From the IMG/VR virus record IMGVR_UViG_2657245091_000008: 64,000 nt of DNA, one strand, 5' to 3'. The position numbers and the translations under genes are program-made. Shown piece after piece: positions 1 through 9,504 of the stretch (position 1 is its first letter; every line of letters begins with the position of its first letter). The notes beneath the pieces are model-generated. The model saw only the letters and a program-made list of their open reading frames with translations. It was not told the DNA's origin and did not search any database. This stretch comes from a virus. Its lineage: Duplodnaviria > Heunggongvirae > Uroviricota > Caudoviricetes.

Positions 1-431
1 GTCTGCGTAATGCTTACGTCATTAAGGCTGAACGCGTGGAGAAAGATGCCGAAGGCAATATCACCACCATCTTCTGTACTTATGACGCCGACACCTTAAG
101 CAAAGATCCGGCAGATGGTCGTAAAGTGAAAGGCGTTATTCACTGGGTGAGCGCGGCACATGCGCTGCCGGTTGAAATCCGCCTGTACGATCGTCTGTTC
201 AGCGTGCCGAACCCAGGTGCTGCGGATGATTTCCTGTCGGTGATTAACCCGGAATCGCTGGTGATCAAACAGGGTTTTGCTGAACCGTCGCTGAAAGACG
301 CGGTAGCGGGTAAAGCATTCCAGTTTGAGCGTGAAGGTTATTTCTGCCTCGACAGCCGCCATTCCACGGCGGAAAAACCGGTATTTAACCGCACCGTTGG
401 GCTGCGTGATACCTGGGCGAAGTTAGGTTAA
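1..431 (+). CDS. glnS: glutaminyl-tRNA synthetase, C-terminal fragment (5' end lies outside the window)
   Basis: Open frame from the window edge to TAA at 429-431; translation ...[29 protein letters not shown] is recognisable as the enterobacterial GlnS C-terminus. Confidence 0.9.
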   Translation, partial: LRNAYVIKAERVEKDAEGNITTIFCTYDADTLSKDPADGRKVKGVIHWVSAAHALPVEIRLYDRLFSVPNPGAADDFLSVINPESLVIKQGFAEPSLKDAVAGKAFQFEREGYFCLDSRHSTAEKPVFNRTVGLRDTWAKLG

Positions 432-456
432 TAGGTATTTCGCCACATAAAAAAGT

Positions 457-481
457 AAACGCCGCTACTGCGGCGTTTTTT
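457..481 (+). terminator. rho-independent terminator of glnS
   Basis: GC hairpin aaacgccgc-tact-gcggcgttt followed by a T run, immediately after the glnS stop. Confidence 0.7.
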
Positions 482-1385
482 ACTTCATTATTGCAATTAT
501 ATCGTTAGCAACTACACGTGTTGACGCCTTGCAGGACACCGACCGTCTGGCTGCCATATGATGTACTTTAAACCCGTTTCCTTCATATAGTTCACGGATG
601 TTTGGCGCACCACTATTTGTTATCACTACCTTAGCGCCGCGCTGGTGGGCTTCCACCAATAGAGATACCAGCCGTTTCTGTTCGTCGAAACGGAAGCTAT
701 TTCCTGAATAACTGGTAAACCCTTCTGTATCCGGCAGCGGTTCATACGGCGGATCGCAAAAAATCACATCGCCTTCACCAGCCGCCTCGATGACGCCAGC
801 AAAGTCACCTGATACAAAGTACGTGTTTTTGAGTACGTCATCAGCCAAAAATGCCTCCATCTCTGCATGTGGGAAGTAGGGCGCTTTGTATTTGCCATAC
901 CCCACGTTGAACTCGCCATTTTGGTTGTACCGCGTTACGCCATTAAAACAGTGCCGATTAAGGTACAAAAAGGCGGCAGCATGATGTAGCTGGTCATACT
1001 TTCCTCTGTTAAATGCCTCACGCACTTCGAGGTAAGCGTCAGCGTTGTTGTAATTTTGGAAAAAACTATATGACAGCGTGACGAGCGAATGTCCTTCTCG
1101 CTGCAATGTCTGATAGAAGTTAATCAGGTCACCGTTAATATCATTAAGCAGGTTGTGGCGAAATCCTGCATTTGTAAATACGGAACCGCCACCAACGAAT
1201 GGTTCTATTAACCGCTTGCCGTGTGGTAGATGCTCAAGCACTGTAGGCAACTCTGAGAATTTACCGCCTACCCATTTGAAGATCGGGCGCTCATATTCAT
1301 CCTGAGTCCGAATGGTGCGCATATAGCTAATTTCAGCCATCGTATCCTGTTTTTCTATGGCTATGCTTGCTATAGATTTACTCAT
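480..1385 (-). CDS. DNA adenine (N6) methyltransferase, Dam family
   Basis: PIFKWVGGK motif near the N-terminus and DPPY catalytic motif; start chosen at ATG 1383-1385 (AGGGGG Shine-Dalgarno, ATGAGTAA overlap with the upstream stop). ORF track extends to 1442. Confidence 0.8.
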   Translation of the reverse strand: MSKSIASIAIEKQDTMAEISYMRTIRTQDEYERPIFKWVGGKFSELPTVLEHLPHGKRLIEPFVGGGSVFTNAGFRHNLLNDINGDLINFYQTLQREGHSLVTLSYSFFQNYNNADAYLEVREAFNRGKYDQLHHAAAFLYLNRHCFNGVTRYNQNGEFNVGYGKYKAPYFPHAEMEAFLADDVLKNTYFVSGDFAGVIEAAGEGDVIFCDPPYEPLPDTEGFTSYSGNSFRFDEQKRLVSLLVEAHQRGAKVVITNSGAPNIRELYEGNGFKVHHMAARRSVSCKASTRVVANDIIAIMK

Positions 1386-2028
1386 AGAGCACCCCCTTAT
1401 TCGCTTCGAAAACTGCCTTTGCGAATCCATGCGGAGTAGCACTTCGAAAATTAGCCCTTTCAGGTCCAGGTGGCGCGGTATGGATTCTGTTATCTGGCTT
1501 GCCTAATGATTCGTCCATTAGGGCATCAGGCATGACAAAGCCTTGCCCGCTCCAGAGGCATGTTTTTTTGGTGTAATTGTCTTCCTTGCAATATGCAGTG
1601 AAGTGGTAAGGATGGAAGATGTGATCAGGTTTACGCCAGAATGTCGATATTTGGCTGACCGGGTTTTCAATCATGTACGGGCAACCAATCATCTTTGCAA
1701 TATCGTAACACTGCCAGACGACCTGCATCGCTTTGAACTGGAAAAACGGATCTTTGTCAGCCTTATGCGCAAACCAGCGCGCACCGGAAACAGCAAGGTC
1801 CGTGCACGGCGGAAAACCAGCTAAAAACACAATACGTTGTAAATTATTTCGGAGAAAAGCATAAACTTCATCACTATCGATAATCGCACTGATACGTGTC
1901 AGAACTGCGCCTGATTGCATCAGCTCATCTCTGGTCTCTGCGTGTTGTGGATCGACGATAACAGCATCTATACCATGCTCCAGCCAGGGGGCGACCATTT
2001 TCCCCGTGAAATCACAAAGACTCACCAT
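1378..2028 (-). CDS. small DNA methyltransferase-like protein with C5-cytosine MTase-like motifs
   Basis: Ordered motifs LCDFTGKM (motif I-like), GFPPC (PC catalytic motif) and ENPV (ENV-like); start taken at internal ATG 2026-2028 just after the rdgC-like stop; too short for a full C5 MTase, so the function is tentative. Confidence 0.4.
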   Translation of the reverse strand: MVSLCDFTGKMVAPWLEHGIDAVIVDPQHAETRDELMQSGAVLTRISAIIDSDEVYAFLRNNLQRIVFLAGFPPCTDLAVSGARWFAHKADKDPFFQFKAMQVVWQCYDIAKMIGCPYMIENPVSQISTFWRKPDHIFHPYHFTAYCKEDNYTKKTCLWSGQGFVMPDALMDESLGKPDNRIHTAPPGPERANFRSATPHGFAKAVFEANKGVLYE

Positions 2029-2041
2029 CAGAGGTCTATTG

Positions 2042-2947
2042 TTAACGTTCTGCTTCACCACCAACGGCCTCCACCAGCGAAGTGAACATCGCGGATAATT
2101 CAGCAGTAAACAGGATAAAGTCAGCGTCAAATCGTTGCGCAACATCCTCTCGATCAATATCGTCGTTCTGGTCGTACAATTCGTCGCTGAACGACAAAGC
2201 CTTGATACTCATATCGTCATTCAGTCTGAAAAATGCACGGTCTTGCCAGTTAACCGCAACTGTGGTTGCAACCTTACCAGCTTCTATATGACTCATGATC
2301 TCGTCGGATAGCAGGTCCACTTTTTTGCAGCGGACCGCGCCGCCATCATCAAGCAATGCTTTTAAGGTCGCTTCCTCACCGGCACGGAAACCGTTCGGGA
2401 AGCCATTTTTAATCCAGCCAGTGATGGTCAGTTCTAATGGGTCTTTCGGAGAGAAGGGGACAACGGGCAAGCTGCCAAGCGATTTCCGTAACAAAGCCAG
2501 CTGATCCTCTGCTTTTTTAGCACTGCTGGCCTCGACAAAAACCAGATGATTGCTTCGGTCTATCAGGATTTTAGCGACTGATTTTCTCGTGAAAGCACGA
2601 GGAAGCAGAGAGTGAAGCACTTCATCCTTCAGCGAATCTTTTTCAGTCTTCTTCAGCTTTCTGTCTTGCTCTTCTTCAAGTGTCAGGATTTTTTTCTGTA
2701 ACTCTTCTTTGAGCACTTGAGAGGGTAGGATTTTTTCCTCTCGTTTATGCTGTATCAGAAGAAAACCTTGGTATTCATGGGTGAGGTTGTCGCCAAGAAC
2801 GGGGGTCCAACCAGCTTTAGCCATATCCTGAGAACCGCATGGGGTAAACACAAACTTGCTAAGGGCTGCATTTACTTCTGCAGTATCCCAGCTAACTTCG
2901 CGTGAAAGACGATAGATGAAGATATTTTTGAAAGCGACTGATCTCAT
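2042..2947 (-). CDS. rdgC: recombination-associated protein RdgC homolog
   Basis: 301-aa ORF; N-terminal [12 protein letters not shown]...[14 protein letters not shown] is characteristic of RdgC. Confidence 0.85.
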   Translation of the reverse strand: MRSVAFKNIFIYRLSREVSWDTAEVNAALSKFVFTPCGSQDMAKAGWTPVLGDNLTHEYQGFLLIQHKREEKILPSQVLKEELQKKILTLEEEQDRKLKKTEKDSLKDEVLHSLLPRAFTRKSVAKILIDRSNHLVFVEASSAKKAEDQLALLRKSLGSLPVVPFSPKDPLELTITGWIKNGFPNGFRAGEEATLKALLDDGGAVRCKKVDLLSDEIMSHIEAGKVATTVAVNWQDRAFFRLNDDMSIKALSFSDELYDQNDDIDREDVAQRFDADFILFTAELSAMFTSLVEAVGGEAER

Positions 2948-2953
2948 GTCTCA

Positions 2954-2997
2954 CCATTTGTGTTAGAAAATACATATTAATTATCTAACACAAATGG
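2954..2997. promoter_or_regulatory. palindromic pair of operator-like half sites (CCATTTGTGTTAGA ... TCTAACACAAATGG)
   Basis: 14-bp perfect inverted repeat with 16-bp AT-rich spacer immediately upstream of the rdgC-like start; contains the recurrent TGTTAGAAA core. Confidence 0.5.
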
Positions 2998-3006
2998 GTG
3001 CATTTT

Positions 3007-3660
3007 CTATCCTTTCTTGAAATCGAAGTTGCTAGCAGTGGCCTGAAAGGTTCCTCCTGCCTTGAAAGCTATGTCTCCGTTAGCGGTGACAGCAATATTT
3101 TCCCCTTTAACATTGATGTTGTTGGCTGATTTGACGTTAACACTCCCTCCTGCATTCACGATTACATCAGCCGGACCAATGATATATATCTGCCCGGACT
3201 CATTCATGCCAATCCTTGAGCCTGCTGCCGTATTGGCAATTTCATAGCCGCCACCAGCAGTTCGTACTTCAAGAATATTGTTGCGGTGAATAACGAAGTC
3301 TTTCGTTGCTGAGATTTGGGGGCGGGGAGGTGCTCCATCTACTTCCGGCGGCGTCCAGCCGTTGCCTTTGCCAGATGCTTCTGGTGCAACGTTTGGAATT
3401 CCTCCCGGTGCATCCTGAGCGGCACCAACTATCATTGGGCGTCTGGTGTCTATTCGACCGTTAACATCTAAATAAGGAAACTCTACCCAGACCAGGTCAC
3501 CTTTGACTGTGGGTACAAAAGCGTTCCCGATGGGTAACTGGTATTCCGCCCAGGGTAGATCGTCATCAGGAACGCCATTCCAGTCAGGTAAAACACGGAC
3601 TTGAGCACGCATAAGCCCTGCCGGGTGCACAGTTCCAACAATTTGCGCTCTACGCTTCAT
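3007..3660 (-). CDS. hypothetical protein, Gly-rich C-terminal repeats (last gene of a 4-gene operon)
   Basis: 217-aa ORF; start overlaps the stop of the upstream gene; C-terminal G/N/V-rich repeat (NVKSANNINVKGENIAVTANGDIAFKAGG). Confidence 0.5.
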   Translation of the reverse strand: MKRRAQIVGTVHPAGLMRAQVRVLPDWNGVPDDDLPWAEYQLPIGNAFVPTVKGDLVWVEFPYLDVNGRIDTRRPMIVGAAQDAPGGIPNVAPEASGKGNGWTPPEVDGAPPRPQISATKDFVIHRNNILEVRTAGGGYEIANTAAGSRIGMNESGQIYIIGPADVIVNAGGSVNVKSANNINVKGENIAVTANGDIAFKAGGTFQATASNFDFKKG

Positions 3661-4637
3661 TTGTTCGGCACTCCCAATATCATTCGTGTTGTGTAGCCTA
3701 CGCGGTCCTCAAAGTGCGCAACATTTTTTACTATCAGCTTACGGGGCATTGATTCATCAATGCGGTTTTCCTGGTCATAGCGGTATACGATAATCTCTAT
3801 TACCATCCCCGGTTTTATATCAGGATTGCCTGCGACTTCTATATCCATTTTGGGGACGAGAGACAGCTGCATATTGCGAAGAGTTTCCATATCAGAGTCG
3901 GATATATAACGCACTGGGAGTGAGCTATCGCCATATTCGACGTAGCCATCGGTCATGGAATACCCAACAAAACGATATTGATTCTTTGCTGTTGTCGCAT
4001 GTTCCTGTTGGAGTAGGCGCATTTTGGACAAAGTGTATTCTGCTTTAGGGTTATTCCCCTCGTAGGTAAATGATGGCGTTTGCTTCATCAGATCAGCCAG
4101 GGTGTAAAAGTTAAATTCCCCCCGGCATACCCAACATAATGCACCTTTGTCTCGCGCTATCTCCGAAAGCATTTTTGACGGTTTGTCACCGGCATTCAGA
4201 TGATATGTAACTGCGCGTTTTAGCACGCTGCTGGTAATTTTAAGCTTGCCGGAATATGCCTTGAATATAGCGTCTGGTGTTTTGTTGGTATGTAAATTTG
4301 TGCGCGGGGAGGGGATCTTAAACCTGCGCACGTCTTCACTGACAGCAATAACGGTAACAACATCACCAGCCAGCATTGCAGACGTAACAAAGAAATCTGT
4401 TTTAAAAGTGCCTGCATTACCGTTTGGATCGCCCATTTCAGCCACCAGCGATGCACCGTATTTGGCTTTCCAGTCATCAATTACGGTGCCGGTAGCGTCA
4501 TGAATTTCCAGTTTTAGCAAAGGGGCTTTGAGGCTGGTTTTTTCTACATATACTGCGGTAAAAATCCAGTCTCGTGGCACTTTGTTATCGTTAATGAGCA
4601 CTGACTGTAGAAAATATTGTTGTAACTCCTGGGCCAC
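3657..4637 (-). CDS. hypothetical protein (operon gene 3 of 4)
   Basis: 326-aa ORF, translationally coupled to its neighbours. Confidence 0.55.
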   Translation of the reverse strand: MAQELQQYFLQSVLINDNKVPRDWIFTAVYVEKTSLKAPLLKLEIHDATGTVIDDWKAKYGASLVAEMGDPNGNAGTFKTDFFVTSAMLAGDVVTVIAVSEDVRRFKIPSPRTNLHTNKTPDAIFKAYSGKLKITSSVLKRAVTYHLNAGDKPSKMLSEIARDKGALCWVCRGEFNFYTLADLMKQTPSFTYEGNNPKAEYTLSKMRLLQQEHATTAKNQYRFVGYSMTDGYVEYGDSSLPVRYISDSDMETLRNMQLSLVPKMDIEVAGNPDIKPGMVIEIIVYRYDQENRIDESMPRKLIVKNVAHFEDRVGYTTRMILGVPNK

Positions 4638-4640
4638 TTA

Positions 4641-5408
4641 TCACCCCATAGATATCGAGGTTTCGGTAATAATACGTTTTGCGTCCAACTCCCATGCTGT
4701 GATCACGTCTGCAATCACACTTATCGGCGCTTGTGTGGCATAAATACGCTCTTCTCCAATTGGTGCTGAAACATCCGTAAAGCCGACTTCTTTGGCATCC
4801 TGTATCGAGCAAATCAACGGGACCGGGACACGAACAAGGTGAGTGGTGGCTTCAAATTGTGTACCTGTCATCAGGCGAAGCCGTGCGCCCAGTGAATTAC
4901 ACATCAGACTCATGGTCGCTTTATCAGTTGCCATTAACGTAACGTCATACGTCAGAATGGCCTGGGTGTATTCCAGTTCTGCTAAAGGCATTCCGGTATC
5001 CGGTTCGCAAAAACTGGCTACTTTTTTGCGGTCAATCTGCTGATCATCGTTGATATAATTGATATCCATAGTGCGTGAGATATTGACCAGGGGGAGAGCA
5101 TCCCGGTTAATGTTCTGGTTTTCAGGTTTTCTCCCTTGCCCGGCATTTGCGCGACGAACTGCTTTAAGAAACTCGATCGCATTGTCGAAACGGGCCACAT
5201 AGACACGCTCTGCTGGTGGACGATTCAGGAATGACGCAAAGCGTTTTTCTTCCGGCGCGGGGGCCACCAGTAAGATATCAGAAAAAATGTTGCTGATTAG
5301 CGTCGCAAACGCGTTATCCACGCTTTCAAAGCCCGTGGTCTGGAATTTTCCTGTGCGTGAGGTTTGCCATTCACCTGTTCGCGCCAGGAGGGTTTTATTT
5401 GAAGTCAT
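4641..5408 (-). CDS. hypothetical protein (operon gene 2 of 4)
   Basis: 255-aa ORF; 4-bp overlap with the upstream gene. Confidence 0.55.
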   Translation of the reverse strand: MTSNKTLLARTGEWQTSRTGKFQTTGFESVDNAFATLISNIFSDILLVAPAPEEKRFASFLNRPPAERVYVARFDNAIEFLKAVRRANAGQGRKPENQNINRDALPLVNISRTMDINYINDDQQIDRKKVASFCEPDTGMPLAELEYTQAILTYDVTLMATDKATMSLMCNSLGARLRLMTGTQFEATTHLVRVPVPLICSIQDAKEVGFTDVSAPIGEERIYATQAPISVIADVITAWELDAKRIITETSISMG

Positions 5409-6208
5409 TCGATCACTCCGTTTTGAGTCGTATCAAAATTCCTGGCAGGTATGCAGTAGTAAAGCGAACCAACATGCTGTGTGCCGTAGCTAAAAATACG
5501 GTGCACGTACCACCAGCGGCGGGCTACGCCGTTTACCATCTCTTCATTCCATTCAAGAATTGATCCGACGGGGACGTTATTTGCTGCAATACGCAGAATC
5601 AGAACATCATCGGTTAAGCCATCCTGCTCACCGTCTGCGTCAATTGCATGGAAAGAGTCACGCCCGTCCGGGTTATCCAGCACATAAACGATTTCAGGTT
5701 CCTGGTAAGTCAGTTCGCGCTGGTTGTTATCCAGTTCAGTGAATGACTCTTCTCCTGTTTCGTCGCTGACTACCCCATATGTGCCAACATCTGGTCGATA
5801 TAAGAGAGCCTGAAACGCGTCTGGGCTGGATTCAATAATCAGCATCCAGTCTGCGCGGATTTGGTCGTTAAAGGCTTTATGCCCGTTATAGCGTGCTTTT
5901 AACTGTGGAGTCGGTTCTCTGCCAGCCAGGGAAGATGGAAGTATGGCTATATCTGATTCGCCAGCATCCGGAGTAAGGCCACCGTTGCTATCAGCAAAAT
6001 TATCATGGCTATCAGCTTTGGCGGCGGGTTGCTCTTCCAGAATGCTGAATGAATCCGAACCTGTATTGCCATGTTCCGGCGCGCCTCCTGCATTCGCTTC
6101 AATCGGCGCTGGCGTTTCTCTCTGCGTGCTGTCATGTTCTGACTCCTTACTTGCCAGGTTTGCATCGTCAGCAAACCATTCGTCAAAACGGCCCATAAGC
6201 ATCCTCAA
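5405..6208 (-). CDS. hypothetical acidic protein (operon gene 1 of 4)
   Basis: 267-aa ORF with an Asp/Glu-rich low-complexity N-terminal half. Confidence 0.5.
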   Translation of the reverse strand: MRMLMGRFDEWFADDANLASKESEHDSTQRETPAPIEANAGGAPEHGNTGSDSFSILEEQPAAKADSHDNFADSNGGLTPDAGESDIAILPSSLAGREPTPQLKARYNGHKAFNDQIRADWMLIIESSPDAFQALLYRPDVGTYGVVSDETGEESFTELDNNQRELTYQEPEIVYVLDNPDGRDSFHAIDADGEQDGLTDDVLILRIAANNVPVGSILEWNEEMVNGVARRWWYVHRIFSYGTQHVGSLYYCIPARNFDTTQNGVIE

Positions 6209-6290
6209 AGGTCGATCTGTCAGGTATCGAAAGGAAGATTTTCGGGAGATTGTGATTTTGGATGAAGGAGGGGGAATTCATAAAATGCAC

Positions 6291-6319
6291 TTGCGCACAG
6301 TGCAACGGTGCGCTATAGT
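6291..6319 (+). promoter_or_regulatory. sigma70-like promoter with embedded palindrome upstream of higB
   Basis: TTGCGC -35, 17-bp spacer, TATAGT -10; the spacer carries inverted repeat GCGCAC...GTGCGC, a plausible autoregulatory operator. Confidence 0.5.
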
Positions 6320-6358
6320 TATGGCATTCGGTAATCATCACGGAGGATCAAATGACTA

Positions 6359-6661
6359 ATGACCAAAAAAATTAACATAAAGGATTTCAGGGATGCGTGG
6401 CTTGATGATTTTTTTGAATTTTCAACACCACATAGAAAGATACCTCCTGATATTCATATGACATTGTCACGGAAGTTGGACATTATCAATGCCGCAACTA
6501 CCTGTAAGGATTTAAGATCACCACCAGGTAATCGGTATGAGGAACTGTCAGGGAAGCTAAATGGCTATTCATCAGTAAGGGTGAATAAGCAATATAGGTT
6601 AATTTTTAAGTGGGTTAACGGAAAGGCCGAGGACTTGTATCTCGACCCTCACAAATACTAA
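6359..6661 (+). CDS. higB: type II toxin HigB (RelE/ParE superfamily)
   Basis: 100-aa ORF; small basic protein immediately upstream of an HTH antitoxin gene; RelE-like C-terminal region. Confidence 0.75.
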   Translation: MTKKINIKDFRDAWLDDFFEFSTPHRKIPPDIHMTLSRKLDIINAATTCKDLRSPPGNRYEELSGKLNGYSSVRVNKQYRLIFKWVNGKAEDLYLDPHKY

Positions 6662-6731
6662 AACAGATACCCGGTTACGGACCGGGTTCTGACCAGAGTC
6701 CACTTAATACGCACGCTAGTAAGGGCAAAAA

Positions 6732-7070
6732 ATGAAACAGGCAACCAGAAAACCGACGACCGTAGGTGATATCCTGCTGTACGAATACCTGGAGCCGTTA
6801 GAGCTGAAGATCAACGAGTTGGCAGAAATACTTCATGTTCATCGTAACACCGTAAGTGCTCTTGTTAATAATAATCGTAAGCTAACGATGGATATGGCAT
6901 ATCGCCTGGCAAAAGCATTCGATACTTCTGTAGATTTTTGGATTAATCTTCAGACCGCAGTAGACCTGTGGGAAGTCGAAAATGATATGCGCGTTCAGGA
7001 AGAGTTAAGTCGTATCAATACTGCTGAAAAATTTATTTCTCAGCGGAACCTGAATAAAAAAGCAGCCTGA
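6732..7070 (+). CDS. higA: antitoxin HigA (XRE-family HTH)
   Basis: 112-aa ORF with an N-terminal HTH (ELAEILHVHRNTVSALVNN). Confidence 0.75.
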   Translation: MKQATRKPTTVGDILLYEYLEPLELKINELAEILHVHRNTVSALVNNNRKLTMDMAYRLAKAFDTSVDFWINLQTAVDLWEVENDMRVQEELSRINTAEKFISQRNLNKKAA

Positions 7071-7126
7071 TATAGTAAAACACATACAAAAAGCCCACTT
7101 AGCAAGTGGGCTTTCCTTTGTAATTA

Positions 7127-7486
7127 ATGAACATTAAACCTATCCGTACAGAACAAGATTATGAGGCCGCACTGCGTGCGGTCGAACCGATGTTCGATAA
7201 CGAACCGGAAATGAATACTCCGGAAGGTGATTTCTTTGAGGTTATGAGTCTTCTCATTGAGGAGTACGAGAAAAAACATTACCCAATTGAGCCACCATCA
7301 CCTATTGAGGCCATTAAATTCCGTATGGAACAGCAAGGGCTGACCGTGAAGGATCTGGAACCGGCGATTGGTAAGTCAAATCGTGTTTACGAAGTGCTAA
7401 ATGGGACACGAAATTTGACGTTACCTATGATTCGCCGTTTACATTCCCAGTTTGGCATTCCTCTTGAAAGCTTGGTTGGTATTTGA
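7127..7486 (+). CDS. second HTH protein, HigA-like with C-terminal HTH
   Basis: 119-aa ORF; C-terminal HTH (GLTVKDLEPAIGKSNRVYEVLNGTR); no cognate toxin gene directly upstream. Confidence 0.5.
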   Translation: MNIKPIRTEQDYEAALRAVEPMFDNEPEMNTPEGDFFEVMSLLIEEYEKKHYPIEPPSPIEAIKFRMEQQGLTVKDLEPAIGKSNRVYEVLNGTRNLTLPMIRRLHSQFGIPLESLVGI

Positions 7487-7548
7487 GTTTGGCGGTCTGG
7501 ATGACCGCTATTTTCATAAAATAGATATTAGAAATCACGGTAGTTTAT

Positions 7549-8277
7549 ATGAATACAGATTCATCAACAGAAAAATTGACTGAAAATGATCTAATCAAAG
7601 TATCTTTTGGAGATGCCATAAAAGACAAGCTATTTAATAAAGTGTTTGCATATATATTAATTTCTTTTCTAATTATTAATTGGAAAGATATACTAATATT
7701 GATGAAGTCAAAGGATGATATCCTATATACTTTATCTGTAACATTTGTTGGAGGTAAGATTCCTCTAGTTTATGAAGGCGTTTTGTCTCCTTGGCTTTAT
7801 CATTTTTGCTTGCCATTTATTTTTGGAATTATTGCATCAATTGCAGCTCCGATTGTCACTCTTTGCGTATCAAAGCTAACAAGTAAAATATATACAGAGA
7901 TAAGGTATTTGGATGCCGACATGGATCAAAATAAAAGAAAGGCGTTGCAAATAAAAGAGACTGAAATAATAAAAAGCATTAATGATACACAATTCAACAA
8001 AAGAATTATGGATGAAAATAAAAATGAACTTGAGAGATTGCTTAGGCAGCAAAAAGAGATTATGGCGGCAATAAAGTTATTATATGATGATGTTGGAGTT
8101 ATCATTGAGCTTTTTAAAAGTAGAGGGGTTGGTATTGACTCCCCAGAAAAGTTATATGATTTTGTAATGGCAATAAAGAAGACTTCGCTTTATAATGGCG
8201 ATCATGATTTTAATAAATTGGTTGCTGATATTTCAAATTTATTTGATAAAACGGAAATTGATTTTTCAAAAAGATGA
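7549..8277 (+). CDS. hypothetical membrane protein encoded in a strongly AT-rich islet
   Basis: 242-aa ORF; two hydrophobic segments then a charged coiled-coil-like tail; base composition clearly lower in GC than the flanks. Confidence 0.5.
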   Translation: MNTDSSTEKLTENDLIKVSFGDAIKDKLFNKVFAYILISFLIINWKDILILMKSKDDILYTLSVTFVGGKIPLVYEGVLSPWLYHFCLPFIFGIIASIAAPIVTLCVSKLTSKIYTEIRYLDADMDQNKRKALQIKETEIIKSINDTQFNKRIMDENKNELERLLRQQKEIMAAIKLLYDDVGVIIELFKSRGVGIDSPEKLYDFVMAIKKTSLYNGDHDFNKLVADISNLFDKTEIDFSKR

Positions 8278-8310
8278 AAGCCTAGCCTAGGCAGCTAGGC
8301 TATGTGTGGT

Positions 8311-9504
8311 TTATGCTTTTTTTACATACTCCATGAACATTTTTTCAGCTTGTGCTGGTGGTGTTCCAGCCATGACAAGCGCATCAATGAACGCCTGCTT
8401 CTTCAGTGCGAACTGATCGGCAAGGCGTTGCTGAAGCTCCTTGTTTTTCTGTTTCTCACGTTGCAAGGCCGCTTCTTTTGCTGCCGCCCGTTTTTTCTGT
8501 GCATCTGACAACTTTCTGGCCTTGGTCAATTGGTCACGTAGTTTGTCGATCTTGCCGTTGTCCTTTGCCAGTTTTGTACTTAAAGCTGCCTGGCGCTTCT
8601 GATAGAGCCTCCATTCGCGTTTGGCGGCTTCAACGTTCGTTTTACTGCTACGATTGCGATTAAACTCCTTCTCGTCTTCTTTTGAGAAGTGTTTGGTTGT
8701 ACGGCGGCGATCGTCACCAAATGCAATTTGCGTTGCAGCCTTTTGTAGCGCACGAGCAATACTCATTTGCCAACTGGCGGACTGTAACCGCGTCATTGAG
8801 TGGATCACGTGTTTACAGGCGACGCCTTGCAGCTTCGGGTTGCGAACTTTTGGATAGGCGTATTCTTTTGGCGGTGCCAGGGCAAAGTTACCCGCAGTGG
8901 CGATGTAACGATACCAGTATTGATGACGACCACAGTCACAATCGAAAGACACTCGCCCGGCGCACAGTGATTTAGTGATTTTGAGAGCTGATTTATCGTC
9001 TTCTGCGATGTCATCAACCATCTGATCCCATTCTTCAAAGCGTATCCGGACGATATGGTGCTGGTGGACGGATATATCCGATGCTTCTACGCGGATATTA
9101 ATCACATTGTGGCGAAGAGATACGGGTGTAGCTCTTTTGATACCAGATCCGTCATCCACGGCGTTATTTGCACGCTTAATATCGATTGCCTGGCTGGATG
9201 CCACCAGCTGGGCGTATGTGATGCCAGCCGTCTTGCTGTCATATTTTTCGCGCGTTTTACTCCGTAGCTTTTCGAAACCTTTCAGGTCGTCTCGCGTGAA
9301 GAACGTGCCGCCTTTTTTCTTCCCTAACTTGAGAATATCTTCGGCGGATTTGTTCCTCAGTCTACCTGGCGTCAGCGTCCGGTGAGCTTGTCGGCGCTTA
9401 CGGGTTTGTTCTTTCCTGATAAGGTCGAATAAACGCGTGAAGTCCTTAGAGGACAGGCCGTCAGTGATATAGCGCCCGTCCTGGTTTTTCAGGAAATCAG
9501 GCAT
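8311..9504 (-). CDS. SWIM-type zinc-finger protein with basic coiled-coil C-terminus
   Basis: 397-aa ORF; CxC...CxH arrangement (FDCDCGRH...QGVACKHV) and a Lys/Arg/Gln-rich tail. Confidence 0.5.
   Translation of the reverse strand: MPDFLKNQDGRYITDGLSSKDFTRLFDLIRKEQTRKRRQAHRTLTPGRLRNKSAEDILKLGKKKGGTFFTRDDLKGFEKLRSKTREKYDSKTAGITYAQLVASSQAIDIKRANNAVDDGSGIKRATPVSLRHNVINIRVEASDISVHQHHIVRIRFEEWDQMVDDIAEDDKSALKITKSLCAGRVSFDCDCGRHQYWYRYIATAGNFALAPPKEYAYPKVRNPKLQGVACKHVIHSMTRLQSASWQMSIARALQKAATQIAFGDDRRRTTKHFSKEDEKEFNRNRSSKTNVEAAKREWRLYQKRQAALSTKLAKDNGKIDKLRDQLTKARKLSDAQKKRAAAKEAALQREKQKNKELQQRLADQFALKKQAFIDALVMAGTPPAQAEKMFMEYVKKA

Noticed and set aside
96-362. 88-aa minus-strand ORF inside glnS
   Set aside because: Antisense to a well-supported core gene with no ribosome-binding site; chance ORF.
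3007-3660. Calling the 217-aa protein a baseplate spike (gpV-like)
   Set aside because: The resemblance is only compositional and the flanking gene order does not match P2 or Mu baseplate operons; left as hypothetical.
5943-6359. 138-aa plus-strand ORF
   Set aside because: Lies antisense within the first gene of the 4-gene operon and over the higB promoter; Ala/Ser-rich low-complexity translation typical of an antisense frame.
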